The translations under genes were made by a program, and so were the position numbers. Of a DNA stretch of 24,012 nucleotides, positions 8,529 to 15,917 are shown piece by piece. Origin of the DNA: a virus (Duplodnaviria > Heunggongvirae > Uroviricota > Caudoviricetes); the IMG/VR virus record IMGVR_UViG_2675903504_000004, positions 1 through 24,012 of that record; one strand, given 5' to 3'. The notes beneath the pieces were generated by a model. That model saw nothing but the letters and a program-made list of their open reading frames with translations. It had not been told where the DNA came from and ran no database searches. How positions within the stretch are numbered: position 1 is the first letter of the stretch; the number at the start of each line of letters is the position of its first letter.

Positions 8529-9362
8529 TCAGCAATTGGTCAGAGTGTCAGCGGGGGCGTTACCGCCTGTTGCACGCTGGCGGTAGTCCTGGCGGCTGTC
8601 TTCATGACTCAGCTTATTCACCAGTTCTTTAAAGGCGGTTTGCTGCTCCTGCAGAGCAGTCTCCAGCTCAGACAGGCGTTCTTCCTGTTCAGCCAGGGAT
8701 TTTTCGGTGCGTGTGCTCAGGTTCTGCTGCTCAGTGGCGACCAGCTCCACGGCCTTATGCACATCAGAGAACCGGGCATCGTCTGACTGCTCTTTTTTGG
8801 TGAACAGCGCCGTGACGCGGGCAAACAGGGACGGTTTGTCATCCTGGACTTCTTCCAGTTCGATCACCGTTTCCTCTGCAGCGGTAAAAAGATTGGCGGG
8901 ATTCTGCTTGCAGTTTGCCAACGGGTTATGGGCTGCACTGGCGCTGAATGTCAGCATTTCCGTACCCAGACTGGCTGGATCATCAGTGGCAGCCAGGCCA
9001 ACCAGGTAGGCTTTGCCCGTATCAGCGAACTTCGGGCTGACTTCCATAGAGGTGAATAATTTCTGGCCTTTTTTCACCAGCTCCACCAGGGACTCCGTTG
9101 GCTCAACGTCGGCATACAGCGCCATCTTGCCTGCCAGCGGGCCTTCCGTGATTTCTTCAGCAAACAGCGCCGTCACCTTGCCGTAGCGGTTAAAGGTGCT
9201 GTCCGGCAGATAAGACTTGATGTGCTCAAGGTTAATCAGCGCGGTATACACCGCCGGGTTGTAGCTGGCTGCCATCTGTTCCAGCCATTCACGCTGGATT
9301 TCGCGTCCGTCGGTGGTGGCACCTTCCACCCCGATGCGAAAACGCTTTGCTTTCACTGTCAT
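8529..9362 (-). CDS. O: Capsid scaffolding protein gpO
   Basis: 277-aa protein MTVKAKRFRIGVEGATTDGREI... with a coiled-coil, acidic C-terminal half; sits at the P2 O position, divergent from P. Confidence 0.9.
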   Translation of the reverse strand: MTVKAKRFRIGVEGATTDGREIQREWLEQMAASYNPAVYTALINLEHIKSYLPDSTFNRYGKVTALFAEEITEGPLAGKMALYADVEPTESLVELVKKGQKLFTSMEVSPKFADTGKAYLVGLAATDDPASLGTEMLTFSASAAHNPLANCKQNPANLFTAAEETVIELEEVQDDKPSLFARVTALFTKKEQSDDARFSDVHKAVELVATEQQNLSTRTEKSLAEQEERLSELETALQEQQTAFKELVNKLSHEDSRQDYRQRATGGNAPADTLTNC

Positions 9363-9440
9363 GAGCCGTGCTCCGTTAGAAAAAACTTACTGGAGCCTTA
9401 TGGTTGCGGTGATGGGGGCAGTGAAACAATGCGCGGTATT

Positions 9441-9458
9441 TGTACCGACAACCACACA
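9441..9458 (-). promoter_or_regulatory. Candidate late-promoter activator site (TGT-N12-ACA) in the O/P divergent intergenic region
   Basis: TGTACCGACAACCACACA in the 142-bp O-P gap; its position fits a late promoter for O if the site is centred near -55. Confidence 0.4.
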
Positions 9459-9504
9459 AACCGCAGGCGGGGAAAGCCTTCATTCAAGGCTGTAGGTTTG
9501 TGCC

Positions 9505-11271
9505 ATGAACACCACACTGACACCCGCAGATCTCGATCCCCGTCGGCAGGCCATGCTGCTGTACTTTCAGGGATACCGCGTAGCCCGCATTGCTGAAATG
9601 CTGGGCGAGAAAGTTGCAACCGTTCACAGCTGGAAAAAACGCGACAAGTGGGGTGACTATGGGCCACTGGATCAGATGCAGCTCACCACCGCCGCACGCT
9701 ACTGCCAGCTCATTATGAAGGAGCACAAAGAAGGGAAAGATTTCAAAGAGATTGACCTGCTGGCGCGCCAGTCTGAGCGCCACGCGCGGATCGGCAAGTT
9801 TAACAATGGCGGCAACGAAGCCGACTTAAACCCTAACGTCGCCAACCGCAACAAAGGCCCGCGCCGTCAGCCGGAAAAAAATGTCTTCACCGATGAACAG
9901 ATTGAGAAGCTGGAAGAAATCTTCCATTCCTCCATGTTCAACTACCAGCGCCACTGGTGGGAAGCCGGAAAAACCAACCGCATCCGCAACCTGCTGAAGT
10001 CACGCCAGATCGGCGCGACCTTTTACTTTGCCCGTGAAGCCCTGATTGACGCTCTGCTTACCGGACGTAACCAGATTTTCCTTTCCGCCAGCAAGGCACA
10101 GGCCCACGTCTTTAAGCAGTACATCATCGACTTCGCCAAAGAAGTGGAAGTGGAGCTGAAAGGCGATCCGATGGTGCTTCCCAACGGGGCCACACTGTAT
10201 TTCCTCGGCACCAATGCCCGCACGGCCCAGAGTTACCACGGCAACCTGTATCTGGATGAATATTTCTGGATACCGAAATTCCAGGAGCTGCGCAAAGTGG
10301 CTTCCGGTATGGCTATTCACAAAAAATGGCGACAAACCTATTTTTCCACGCCATCCAGCCTGACACACAGTGCTTATCCGTTCTGGTCCGGTGCGCTATT
10401 CAACCGTGGGCGCAATAAAGCCGACAAGGTGGACATCGACCTGTCCCACAGCAATCTGGCTCCAGGCCTGCTGTGTGCAGACGGGCAATACCGCCAGATA
10501 GTCACCGTGGAAGATGCGGTGCGCGGCGGCTGTAACCTGTTCGACCTTGACCAGTTGCGCATGGAATACAGCCCGGACGAATACCAGAACCTGCTGATGT
10601 GTGAATTCGTGGACGATCTCGCGTCCGTGTTCCCGCTCAGCGAGCTGCAGGCGTGCATGGTGGACAGCTGGGAAGTCTGGACCGACTTTCATGCACTGGC
10701 CCTGCGCCCGTTTGGCTGGCGCGAAGTGTGGATCGGTTATGACCCGGCAAAAGGTACGCAAAACGGCGACAGCGCCGGGTGCGTGGTGGTGGCTCCGCCA
10801 GCCGTGCCGGGCGGTAAGTTCCGCATTCTTGAGCGTCACCAGTGGCGCGGGATGGACTTCCGTGCCCAGGCGGACGCCATCAAAAAACTGACTGAACAGT
10901 ACAACGTGACCTATATCGGTATCGACTCGACAGGTGTCGGTCACGGGGTTTATGAGAACGTAAAAGCGTTCTTTCCTGCCGTCCGGGAGTTTGTCTACAA
11001 CCCCAACGTTAAAAACGCCCTGGTACTCAAGGCCTACGACATTATCAGCCACCGCCGTCTGGAGTTTGACGCCGGACACACCGACATTGCGCAGTCATTC
11101 ATGGCAATCCGTCGCGCAACCACCGCCAGTGGCAACCGCCCGACCTATGAAGCCAGCCGCAGCGAAGAAGCCAGCCACGCCGATCTGGCCTGGGCAACGA
11201 TGCACGCACTGTTTAACGAACCGCTGCAGGGCGAGTCCGCCAATACCAGCAATATTGTGGAGATTTTTTGA
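9505..11271 (+). CDS. P: Terminase large (ATPase) subunit gpP
   Basis: 588-aa protein of P2 gpP size, in the expected divergent position and co-oriented with Q; assigned by length, synteny and overall resemblance to P2 gpP. Confidence 0.95.
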   Translation: MNTTLTPADLDPRRQAMLLYFQGYRVARIAEMLGEKVATVHSWKKRDKWGDYGPLDQMQLTTAARYCQLIMKEHKEGKDFKEIDLLARQSERHARIGKFNNGGNEADLNPNVANRNKGPRRQPEKNVFTDEQIEKLEEIFHSSMFNYQRHWWEAGKTNRIRNLLKSRQIGATFYFAREALIDALLTGRNQIFLSASKAQAHVFKQYIIDFAKEVEVELKGDPMVLPNGATLYFLGTNARTAQSYHGNLYLDEYFWIPKFQELRKVASGMAIHKKWRQTYFSTPSSLTHSAYPFWSGALFNRGRNKADKVDIDLSHSNLAPGLLCADGQYRQIVTVEDAVRGGCNLFDLDQLRMEYSPDEYQNLLMCEFVDDLASVFPLSELQACMVDSWEVWTDFHALALRPFGWREVWIGYDPAKGTQNGDSAGCVVVAPPAVPGGKFRILERHQWRGMDFRAQADAIKKLTEQYNVTYIGIDSTGVGHGVYENVKAFFPAVREFVYNPNVKNALVLKAYDIISHRRLEFDAGHTDIAQSFMAIRRATTASGNRPTYEASRSEEASHADLAWATMHALFNEPLQGESANTSNIVEIF

Positions 11272-12302
11272 TGGGAAAGAGTAAGAAAAACCGCACTGCG
11301 GCGACGAATCAGATCCAGCATAAAAACCAAACTTCAGCCGAAGCATTCAGCTTCGGCGATCCCGTTCCTGTTCTGGACCGCCGAGAATTACTGGACTATG
11401 TGGAATGCGTACAGATGGACCGTTGGTATGAGCCGCCCGTCAGCTTTGACGGACTGGCGCGCACCTTCCGCGCTGCCGTGCATCACAGTTCCCCGATTGC
11501 AGTAAAGTGCAACATTCTGACCAGTACCTATATCCCTCATCCTTTGCTCAGCCAGCAGGCTTTTTCGCGTTTTGTGCAGGACTATCTGGTATTTGGCAAC
11601 GCCTATCTGGAGAAACGCACGAACCGCTTCGGTGAAGTGATCGCCCTTGAACCTGCGCTGGCAAAATACACCCGACGCGGATTAGACCTGGATACCTACT
11701 GGTTTGTGCAATACGGTATGACAACCCAGCCGTATCAGTTCACGAAAGGCAGCATTTTTCATCTGATGGAACCGGATATTAATCAGGAGATCTACGGTCT
11801 GCCCGGCTATCTTTCTGCCATTCCGTCAGCCCTGCTCAACGAGTCCGCCACGCTGTTCCGTCGCAAGTATTACATTAACGGCAGTCATGCGGGCTTTATC
11901 ATGTACATGACCGATGCCGCGCAAAACCAGGAGGATGTGAACAACCTCCGCAATGCGATGAAAAGCGCCAAAGGTCCAGGCAACTTCCGCAACCTGTTTA
12001 TGTACTCGCCTAACGGCAAAAAGGACGGGCTTCAGATCATCCCATTGTCAGAAGTCGCGGCGAAGGATGAATTTCTTAATATCAAGAACGTGAGTCGGGA
12101 TGACATGATGGCAGCGCACCGCGTGCCGCCTCAGATGATGGGGATTATGCCTAATAATGTTGGGGGGTTTGGGGATGTGGAGAAGGCTAGTCGTGTTTTT
12201 GTTCGGAACGAGCTGATGCCTCTACAAAAAAGATTCCAAGAAGTAAATGAATACTTTGACGGGAACATAATCAGCTTTGAAGAATACAAACTGACCATCT
12301 AA
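11271..12302 (+). CDS. Q: Portal protein gpQ
   Basis: 343-aa protein; ATG at 11271 overlaps the P stop (TGATG); the ORF-track start 11268 is TTG. Size and position match P2 gpQ. Confidence 0.95.
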   Translation: MGKSKKNRTAATNQIQHKNQTSAEAFSFGDPVPVLDRRELLDYVECVQMDRWYEPPVSFDGLARTFRAAVHHSSPIAVKCNILTSTYIPHPLLSQQAFSRFVQDYLVFGNAYLEKRTNRFGEVIALEPALAKYTRRGLDLDTYWFVQYGMTTQPYQFTKGSIFHLMEPDINQEIYGLPGYLSAIPSALLNESATLFRRKYYINGSHAGFIMYMTDAAQNQEDVNNLRNAMKSAKGPGNFRNLFMYSPNGKKDGLQIIPLSEVAAKDEFLNIKNVSRDDMMAAHRVPPQMMGIMPNNVGGFGDVEKASRVFVRNELMPLQKRFQEVNEYFDGNIISFEEYKLTI

Positions 12303-12317
12303 AATAAATAACAAAAA

Positions 12318-12337
12318 AGAGGGTTCCCCCTCTTTTA
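12318..12337. terminator. Bidirectional rho-independent terminator between convergent Q and the cargo ORF
   Basis: AGAGGG-TTCC-CCCTCT hairpin flanked by an A-run upstream and a T-run downstream, in the 39-bp gap between the Q stop and the stop of the minus-strand ORF. Confidence 0.6.
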
Positions 12338-12341
12338 TATA

Positions 12342-14108
12342 TTAATTATTATCGTATAACTCCTGAATTTTTGCTGGATTAGCAAAAAACCTTGCAGGAT
12401 AAGCATTTGGATAATTATCTTCGATATAATTTTCTGTCCTAGCTATTAATGCTGCTAAATTAGCAGTGATTTGTGCTGAATCAGGAGCAAGCTGAATGGT
12501 ACTATTCTGTAAATCTGACACCATATTCAACAGCACTGAAGCATAATATCTATTACCATGAGTTATTATTAAATGACGGCGACTATGCGTTGATTTATCT
12601 GTAGCTGCTAAAGTTGAGCTAATAGCACGTTCTATCACACGAAAATGGTTAACAGCATTTATTAACTTGATACCACTTAATCGCGGATTGAAAATTGTTC
12701 TATATAATGACCCTTCAAAATTTTCAAAAAACCTACCACGATTAGATTTTAAAGTTGCAACTATAGTATTATTTTTACTTAAGCAAGCTAGAGCATTCAA
12801 AGCCTCATCGAGATCAATTACCTTGGCGTTAGACTGTAAATAATCCTCATCGGTTCGCAATAATTGGTATTGATACCCTTCAAGCACAAGCTCTCTCGCC
12901 AGTCTATGCTGATCGGGTTGTTGTGAAGCAAAATCTCTTCCTAAAACTCTATTCTGGAAATTATTAGCTCTGGTTATTGCATTGGCATTGAGATCATTTA
13001 CATCATTATTAATTTCAATAAAACGAACAGGGACTTTAACTTGATAAATTCTATCGCCTAGCACATCCATAACACTGCCTAAACTACTCACAGTTTGCGC
13101 GCCGTTGATCACACTCACATCTTTAAAATCGAAAACCCCTCTTTCAGTGCCTGCAGCTGCGTTTCTTCTGTGAGGAATTAACTCGTTCACTAGTAACGTA
13201 ATACCGTTATTGTAAAACCAAAACATTTCTGGATTATCAATTGCAGTTTTTTTTATTTCTTCGTTAACATCTGTCTTACCAAGCATATTTCTTATGTTTT
13301 TCGTAAAAAGGCGGGTTCCATATTGTTTCCACCAATTCCCAACCTGGTCCCCAGCTAAAGTTCCATAAAATGCTCTGTAAGGTTCATTAATAAACCCATA
13401 GCGTTCAACTTCTACGCCATCCAAATCAATTTGACCTCTTGAGCCAGTCTGCAACCAATGGACTAAATCCTCTGATGAAATCAAATGAACTTGAAACCCC
13501 CATTCTTCTTTCGGTGATTCTGTCGGGGTAAACGACGCTTCATTTAATTCACGTTGCCACTCTTGCATATCACGTAAAATATCTTCTGAGGCACCTTTTT
13601 TCCCTGTGTGAGTCATAGCGAAGATAAATTTATAATCAAATGAATTAAGAGCTGCGCTTATATCTGAACTCTTATCTTGAAGAATCTGGTCAAAAAGTTC
13701 ATATCGTTCATTCTGAAGTTTTTCACAAGCATCCTTGAAGCACACAAAATCAGGTCTGCTCCAAGTACCATTTCCAGCCTGATTAAATTTGGACTGAACG
13801 ACTACAACAATTTTTTCACTATGATTTATGACTATGCCATCAATGCCTCCATCCTCAGAACTGTCGCATACAGACTCACCTGCATGCTTTTCATCAACAC
13901 CACCAAGTTGATACATCGTAAACGCCGCCAGAGCCCTACTTGCCATTTTAATATTGTAATCTTGTTGACTGGGTTGGCACTCTCGCTTATGAACATAGTC
14001 TTCAAACCTTTCTCTCAAAACACTACCAAGCCTTAGAGCTATAACTTGCGCCGTCGCCGCTGCAGCTACAGCGTTATCCTCAACTCGGAGATCTACAACG
14101 AATGCCAT
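12342..14108 (-). CDS. Cargo protein, 588 aa: N-terminal PD-(D/E)xK-like nuclease motif plus large C-terminal region with AIPR-like (abortive infection) features; candidate anti-phage defence gene
   Basis: AT-rich ORF between portal Q and the cos-like site. Start at ATG 14108 (AAGGA at about 7 nt; ORF-track start 14135 is TTG). N-terminal ...EDGGIDGIVINHSEKIVVVVQSKF... fits a D...(E/Q)xK nuclease signature. Central ...VSVINGAQTVSSLG... is recalled as AIPR-family-like (from memory, unverified). No counterpart in the P2 core gene set. Confidence 0.55.
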   Translation of the reverse strand: MAFVVDLRVEDNAVAAAATAQVIALRLGSVLRERFEDYVHKRECQPSQQDYNIKMASRALAAFTMYQLGGVDEKHAGESVCDSSEDGGIDGIVINHSEKIVVVVQSKFNQAGNGTWSRPDFVCFKDACEKLQNERYELFDQILQDKSSDISAALNSFDYKFIFAMTHTGKKGASEDILRDMQEWQRELNEASFTPTESPKEEWGFQVHLISSEDLVHWLQTGSRGQIDLDGVEVERYGFINEPYRAFYGTLAGDQVGNWWKQYGTRLFTKNIRNMLGKTDVNEEIKKTAIDNPEMFWFYNNGITLLVNELIPHRRNAAAGTERGVFDFKDVSVINGAQTVSSLGSVMDVLGDRIYQVKVPVRFIEINNDVNDLNANAITRANNFQNRVLGRDFASQQPDQHRLARELVLEGYQYQLLRTDEDYLQSNAKVIDLDEALNALACLSKNNTIVATLKSNRGRFFENFEGSLYRTIFNPRLSGIKLINAVNHFRVIERAISSTLAATDKSTHSRRHLIITHGNRYYASVLLNMVSDLQNSTIQLAPDSAQITANLAALIARTENYIEDNYPNAYPARFFANPAKIQELYDNN

Positions 14109-14289
14109 TAATTTTTCCTTATAGAATATGTACAACGTTAGCAGTGATTAAAAGGTTACTCGTTAAGCGGAAATTGTACTACAACATTCTACTAAATATG
14201 GATATATCAATGAGTAAGAACTCATCTTTGCTAACTCACATACATTGTTAAAAATACTTAGCTTCGCTGTTCACCCCGTCGCCGCGCGC

Positions 14290-14308
14290 TCGTATCCCCG
14301 CCACGCCT
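14290..14308 (-). other. Candidate cos (cohesive-end) site of the P2/186 type
   Basis: Minus strand reads GGCGTGGCGGGGATACGAG, close to the remembered P2 (GGCGAGGCGGGGAAAGCAC) and 186 cohesive-end sequences. It lies in a short GC-rich island between two AT-rich cargo genes and is oriented toward Q, as in P2. Confidence 0.5.
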
Positions 14309-14356
14309 GCCCGCTTTGTGTAGTGGTTTTCATGCACCTGCATGACATAAGCAAAA

Positions 14357-14376
14357 GCCCGCCAGCTCTGGCGGGC
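14357..14376 (-). terminator. Rho-independent terminator downstream of the HNH-domain ORF
   Basis: Perfect GC-rich inverted repeat GCCCGCCAG-CT-CTGGCGGGC, followed on the minus strand by TTTTGC. Confidence 0.55.
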
Positions 14377-14489
14377 ATCAGCAAAAACGATCCTCAAACG
14401 ATCATGCGATTTCATGCGGCATAGACATGCGTTGGCAAAAATGTACGAAATACTCAGCTTATAGGAAATGGTCTTTTTCCAACCTCCAG

Positions 14490-15209
14490 TTAGCCAAAGC
14501 AGAAACCAATATTGCAATTTGAAACTCCACAGTTGTGAAATTGATGTGGACCTACTCTTAGCTTGTGTTCGTCTCCTACAATCCGAGTCCCCTTAACCAA
14601 CATATCTAATCTTTCCACAATCAATCTTTCAGGCACATCAACTTTAATAATTAAACGAGGACCTTTCCTTTTTTCTATAATAGTTATTCTAGGACCGACA
14701 ACCTGAACATCCCAATGCCTTGCACTACAAACCCACTCATTCTTAATTAATTCAAGATTAACAATACCTTGACTATCGTAAAATTTACCCGAAATAAGAA
14801 AAGCATTATTTTCTTTTTCAATGGTTAACAATGGCTCATTTTGAAACATTATTGGTACAGTACAGGATTCAAACGTCGCACCACCAAATATTATTGTTGG
14901 ATGCCTATCAGAAAAGTCCAATATATCTGCCACATTCCCTTTTTGTAAGGCTGCAGGAGATTCCATTGCTTTAATTATTTTCTCTTTAGAGTAAAGACGT
15001 TTCGTTACTTTCGCATGGCACGTAGGACAAAGTAGTGCTATTGCATTTGGAGAGTGCTCCTTTGCATCAGCGTATGTGGGAATTACATGCTCATACTCAA
15101 CAATGGGAGAAGCACAAACAACGCAACCGAAGCCACAGCGCTGCCTTACCTCCAGTTTTACAGGTTCAGGAATTGTTCTAGATAACCCATGCTTGTTAAT
15201 AGTTGTCAT
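14490..15209 (-). CDS. HNH endonuclease-domain protein with uncharacterised ~170-aa C-terminal region; cargo gene
   Basis: 239-aa AT-rich ORF; N-terminal ...RQRCGFGCVVCASPIVEYEHVIPTYADAKEHSPNAIALLCPTCHAKV... shows the Cys pairs and His/Asn/His pattern of an HNH zinc-finger nuclease. ATG at 15209 with AAGGTAAGG upstream; own terminator downstream. Confidence 0.65.
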   Translation of the reverse strand: MTTINKHGLSRTIPEPVKLEVRQRCGFGCVVCASPIVEYEHVIPTYADAKEHSPNAIALLCPTCHAKVTKRLYSKEKIIKAMESPAALQKGNVADILDFSDRHPTIIFGGATFESCTVPIMFQNEPLLTIEKENNAFLISGKFYDSQGIVNLELIKNEWVCSARHWDVQVVGPRITIIEKRKGPRLIIKVDVPERLIVERLDMLVKGTRIVGDEHKLRVGPHQFHNCGVSNCNIGFCFG

Positions 15210-15245
15210 AACCTTACCTTAAAACTTCGAGAAACCTTTTATATA

Positions 15246-15260
15246 TTGATACTATATCAA
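15246..15260. promoter_or_regulatory. Palindrome TTGATA-CTA-TATCAA upstream of the HNH ORF (candidate operator)
   Basis: Perfect 6-3-6 inverted repeat about 40 bp upstream of the HNH start, in an AT-rich promoter-like region. Confidence 0.35.
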
Positions 15261-15331
15261 CTAACGCCTCGCACAGCTCGTTGTTCAACCTTGCTGACGC
15301 CAGAAGCAAGTTCAGACGCCAGCAACGTTTC

Positions 15332-15565
15332 TTAATGCAGCCAGCTGTCGTCTTCCCACACCTTCTGCATAATTTTCATCACTTGCTTCCTTTCTTCGTC
15401 CAGTTGCAGTCCGGTCAGTTCCACACCGTTAGAGCTACCTTTGCGGATGCGAATTACCGTTTTTGGATATAGGGGGCGCAGATTGCGGTAAAGCTCGGAT
15501 TCAAGGGCGTCCAGGGTAGACTGGCTAATCTTCTGCTCTTTATCGATCATTATTTCAATGCGCAT
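15332..15565 (-). CDS. dinI: DinI-family protein
   Basis: 77-aa protein MRIEIMIDK...TLDALESEL...VIRIRKGSSNGVELTG...DEERKQVMKIMQKVWEDDSW aligns with E. coli DinI as remembered. Start at ATG 15565 with GAGGTGA upstream; the ORF-track start 15637 is an upstream extension. Confidence 0.8.
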   Translation of the reverse strand: MRIEIMIDKEQKISQSTLDALESELYRNLRPLYPKTVIRIRKGSSNGVELTGLQLDEERKQVMKIMQKVWEDDSWLH

Positions 15566-15575
15566 AAAAGTCACC

Positions 15576-15764
15576 TCAGCTGATGACATCCATTGAGCGG
15601 TTGTATTCGTGGGTTCTGATTTTTGCCATGAGTTCATCTGTCAGTTCAGAAACCCACTGCAAAGCCAGCCCCTTCTCTTCATCACTACACTCACTAGCCG
15701 CTACAAGTTTAAGAAAAAAATCAATGCGCTGGAGCTTCAAAGACTCCAAAAAATAGTCCTGCAT
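15576..15764 (-). CDS. Small SOS-regulated protein (62 aa), first gene of the LexA-controlled operon; possible Tum-like antirepressor
   Basis: ATG at 15764 with TAGGAGGAAAG upstream and the LexA box about 45 bp further upstream. The ORF-track start 15866 would place the LexA box inside the coding region. Function inferred only from position. Confidence 0.5.
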   Translation of the reverse strand: MQDYFLESLKLQRIDFFLKLVAASECSDEEKGLALQWVSELTDELMAKIRTHEYNRSMDVIS

Positions 15765-15807
15765 CTTTCCTCCTATGACACCACAAGCAACACTGTATGT
15801 ATAACCA

Positions 15808-15823
15808 CTGTTTATATTTACAG
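15808..15823 (-). promoter_or_regulatory. LexA (SOS) box CTGT-N8-ACAG with overlapping promoter
   Basis: CCACTGTTTATATTTACAGTAT matches the LexA consensus TACTGTATATATATACAGTA in the CTGT/ACAG arms and AT-rich centre. It overlaps a TATACT/TTTACA promoter-like region on the minus strand. Confidence 0.75.
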
Positions 15824-15917
15824 TATATAATAATCTTACTGATGTAAAACGTTTTTTTACGTTCATCAGCCTGATATGCCTGGTATTATTAAGAGCACGA
15901 ATTGTTAACCCGCGTAA

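Noticed and set aside
9499-9516. Second TGT-N12-ACA match as an independent activator site for the P promoter
   Set aside because: It overlaps the P start codon, so it cannot be centred at -55 of a promoter serving P. Kept only as part of a repeated-motif observation.
14248-14517. 89-aa minus-strand ORF spanning the HNH 3' end, the terminator hairpin and the cos-like sequence
   Set aside because: It crosses a strong GC hairpin and the putative cos site, has no convincing SD, and its translation is low complexity; most likely non-coding.
14490-15209. HNH gene as an essential terminase-associated packaging endonuclease
   Set aside because: P2-type terminases (gpM/gpP) do not need an HNH partner as far as I know, and the gene is compositionally foreign with its own promoter and terminator. 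A cargo role is more likely, though not excluded experimentally.
15270-15331. Nested inverted repeats downstream of the DinI-like gene as a terminator
   Set aside because: Stems are short and interrupted, with no adjacent T-run on the transcribed strand; too weak to call.
15576-15866. Longer 96-aa version of the small SOS-regulated ORF, starting at 15866
   Set aside because: That start would put the LexA box and promoter inside the coding region. The internal ATG at 15764 has a strong AGGAGG SD and correct spacing from the operator.
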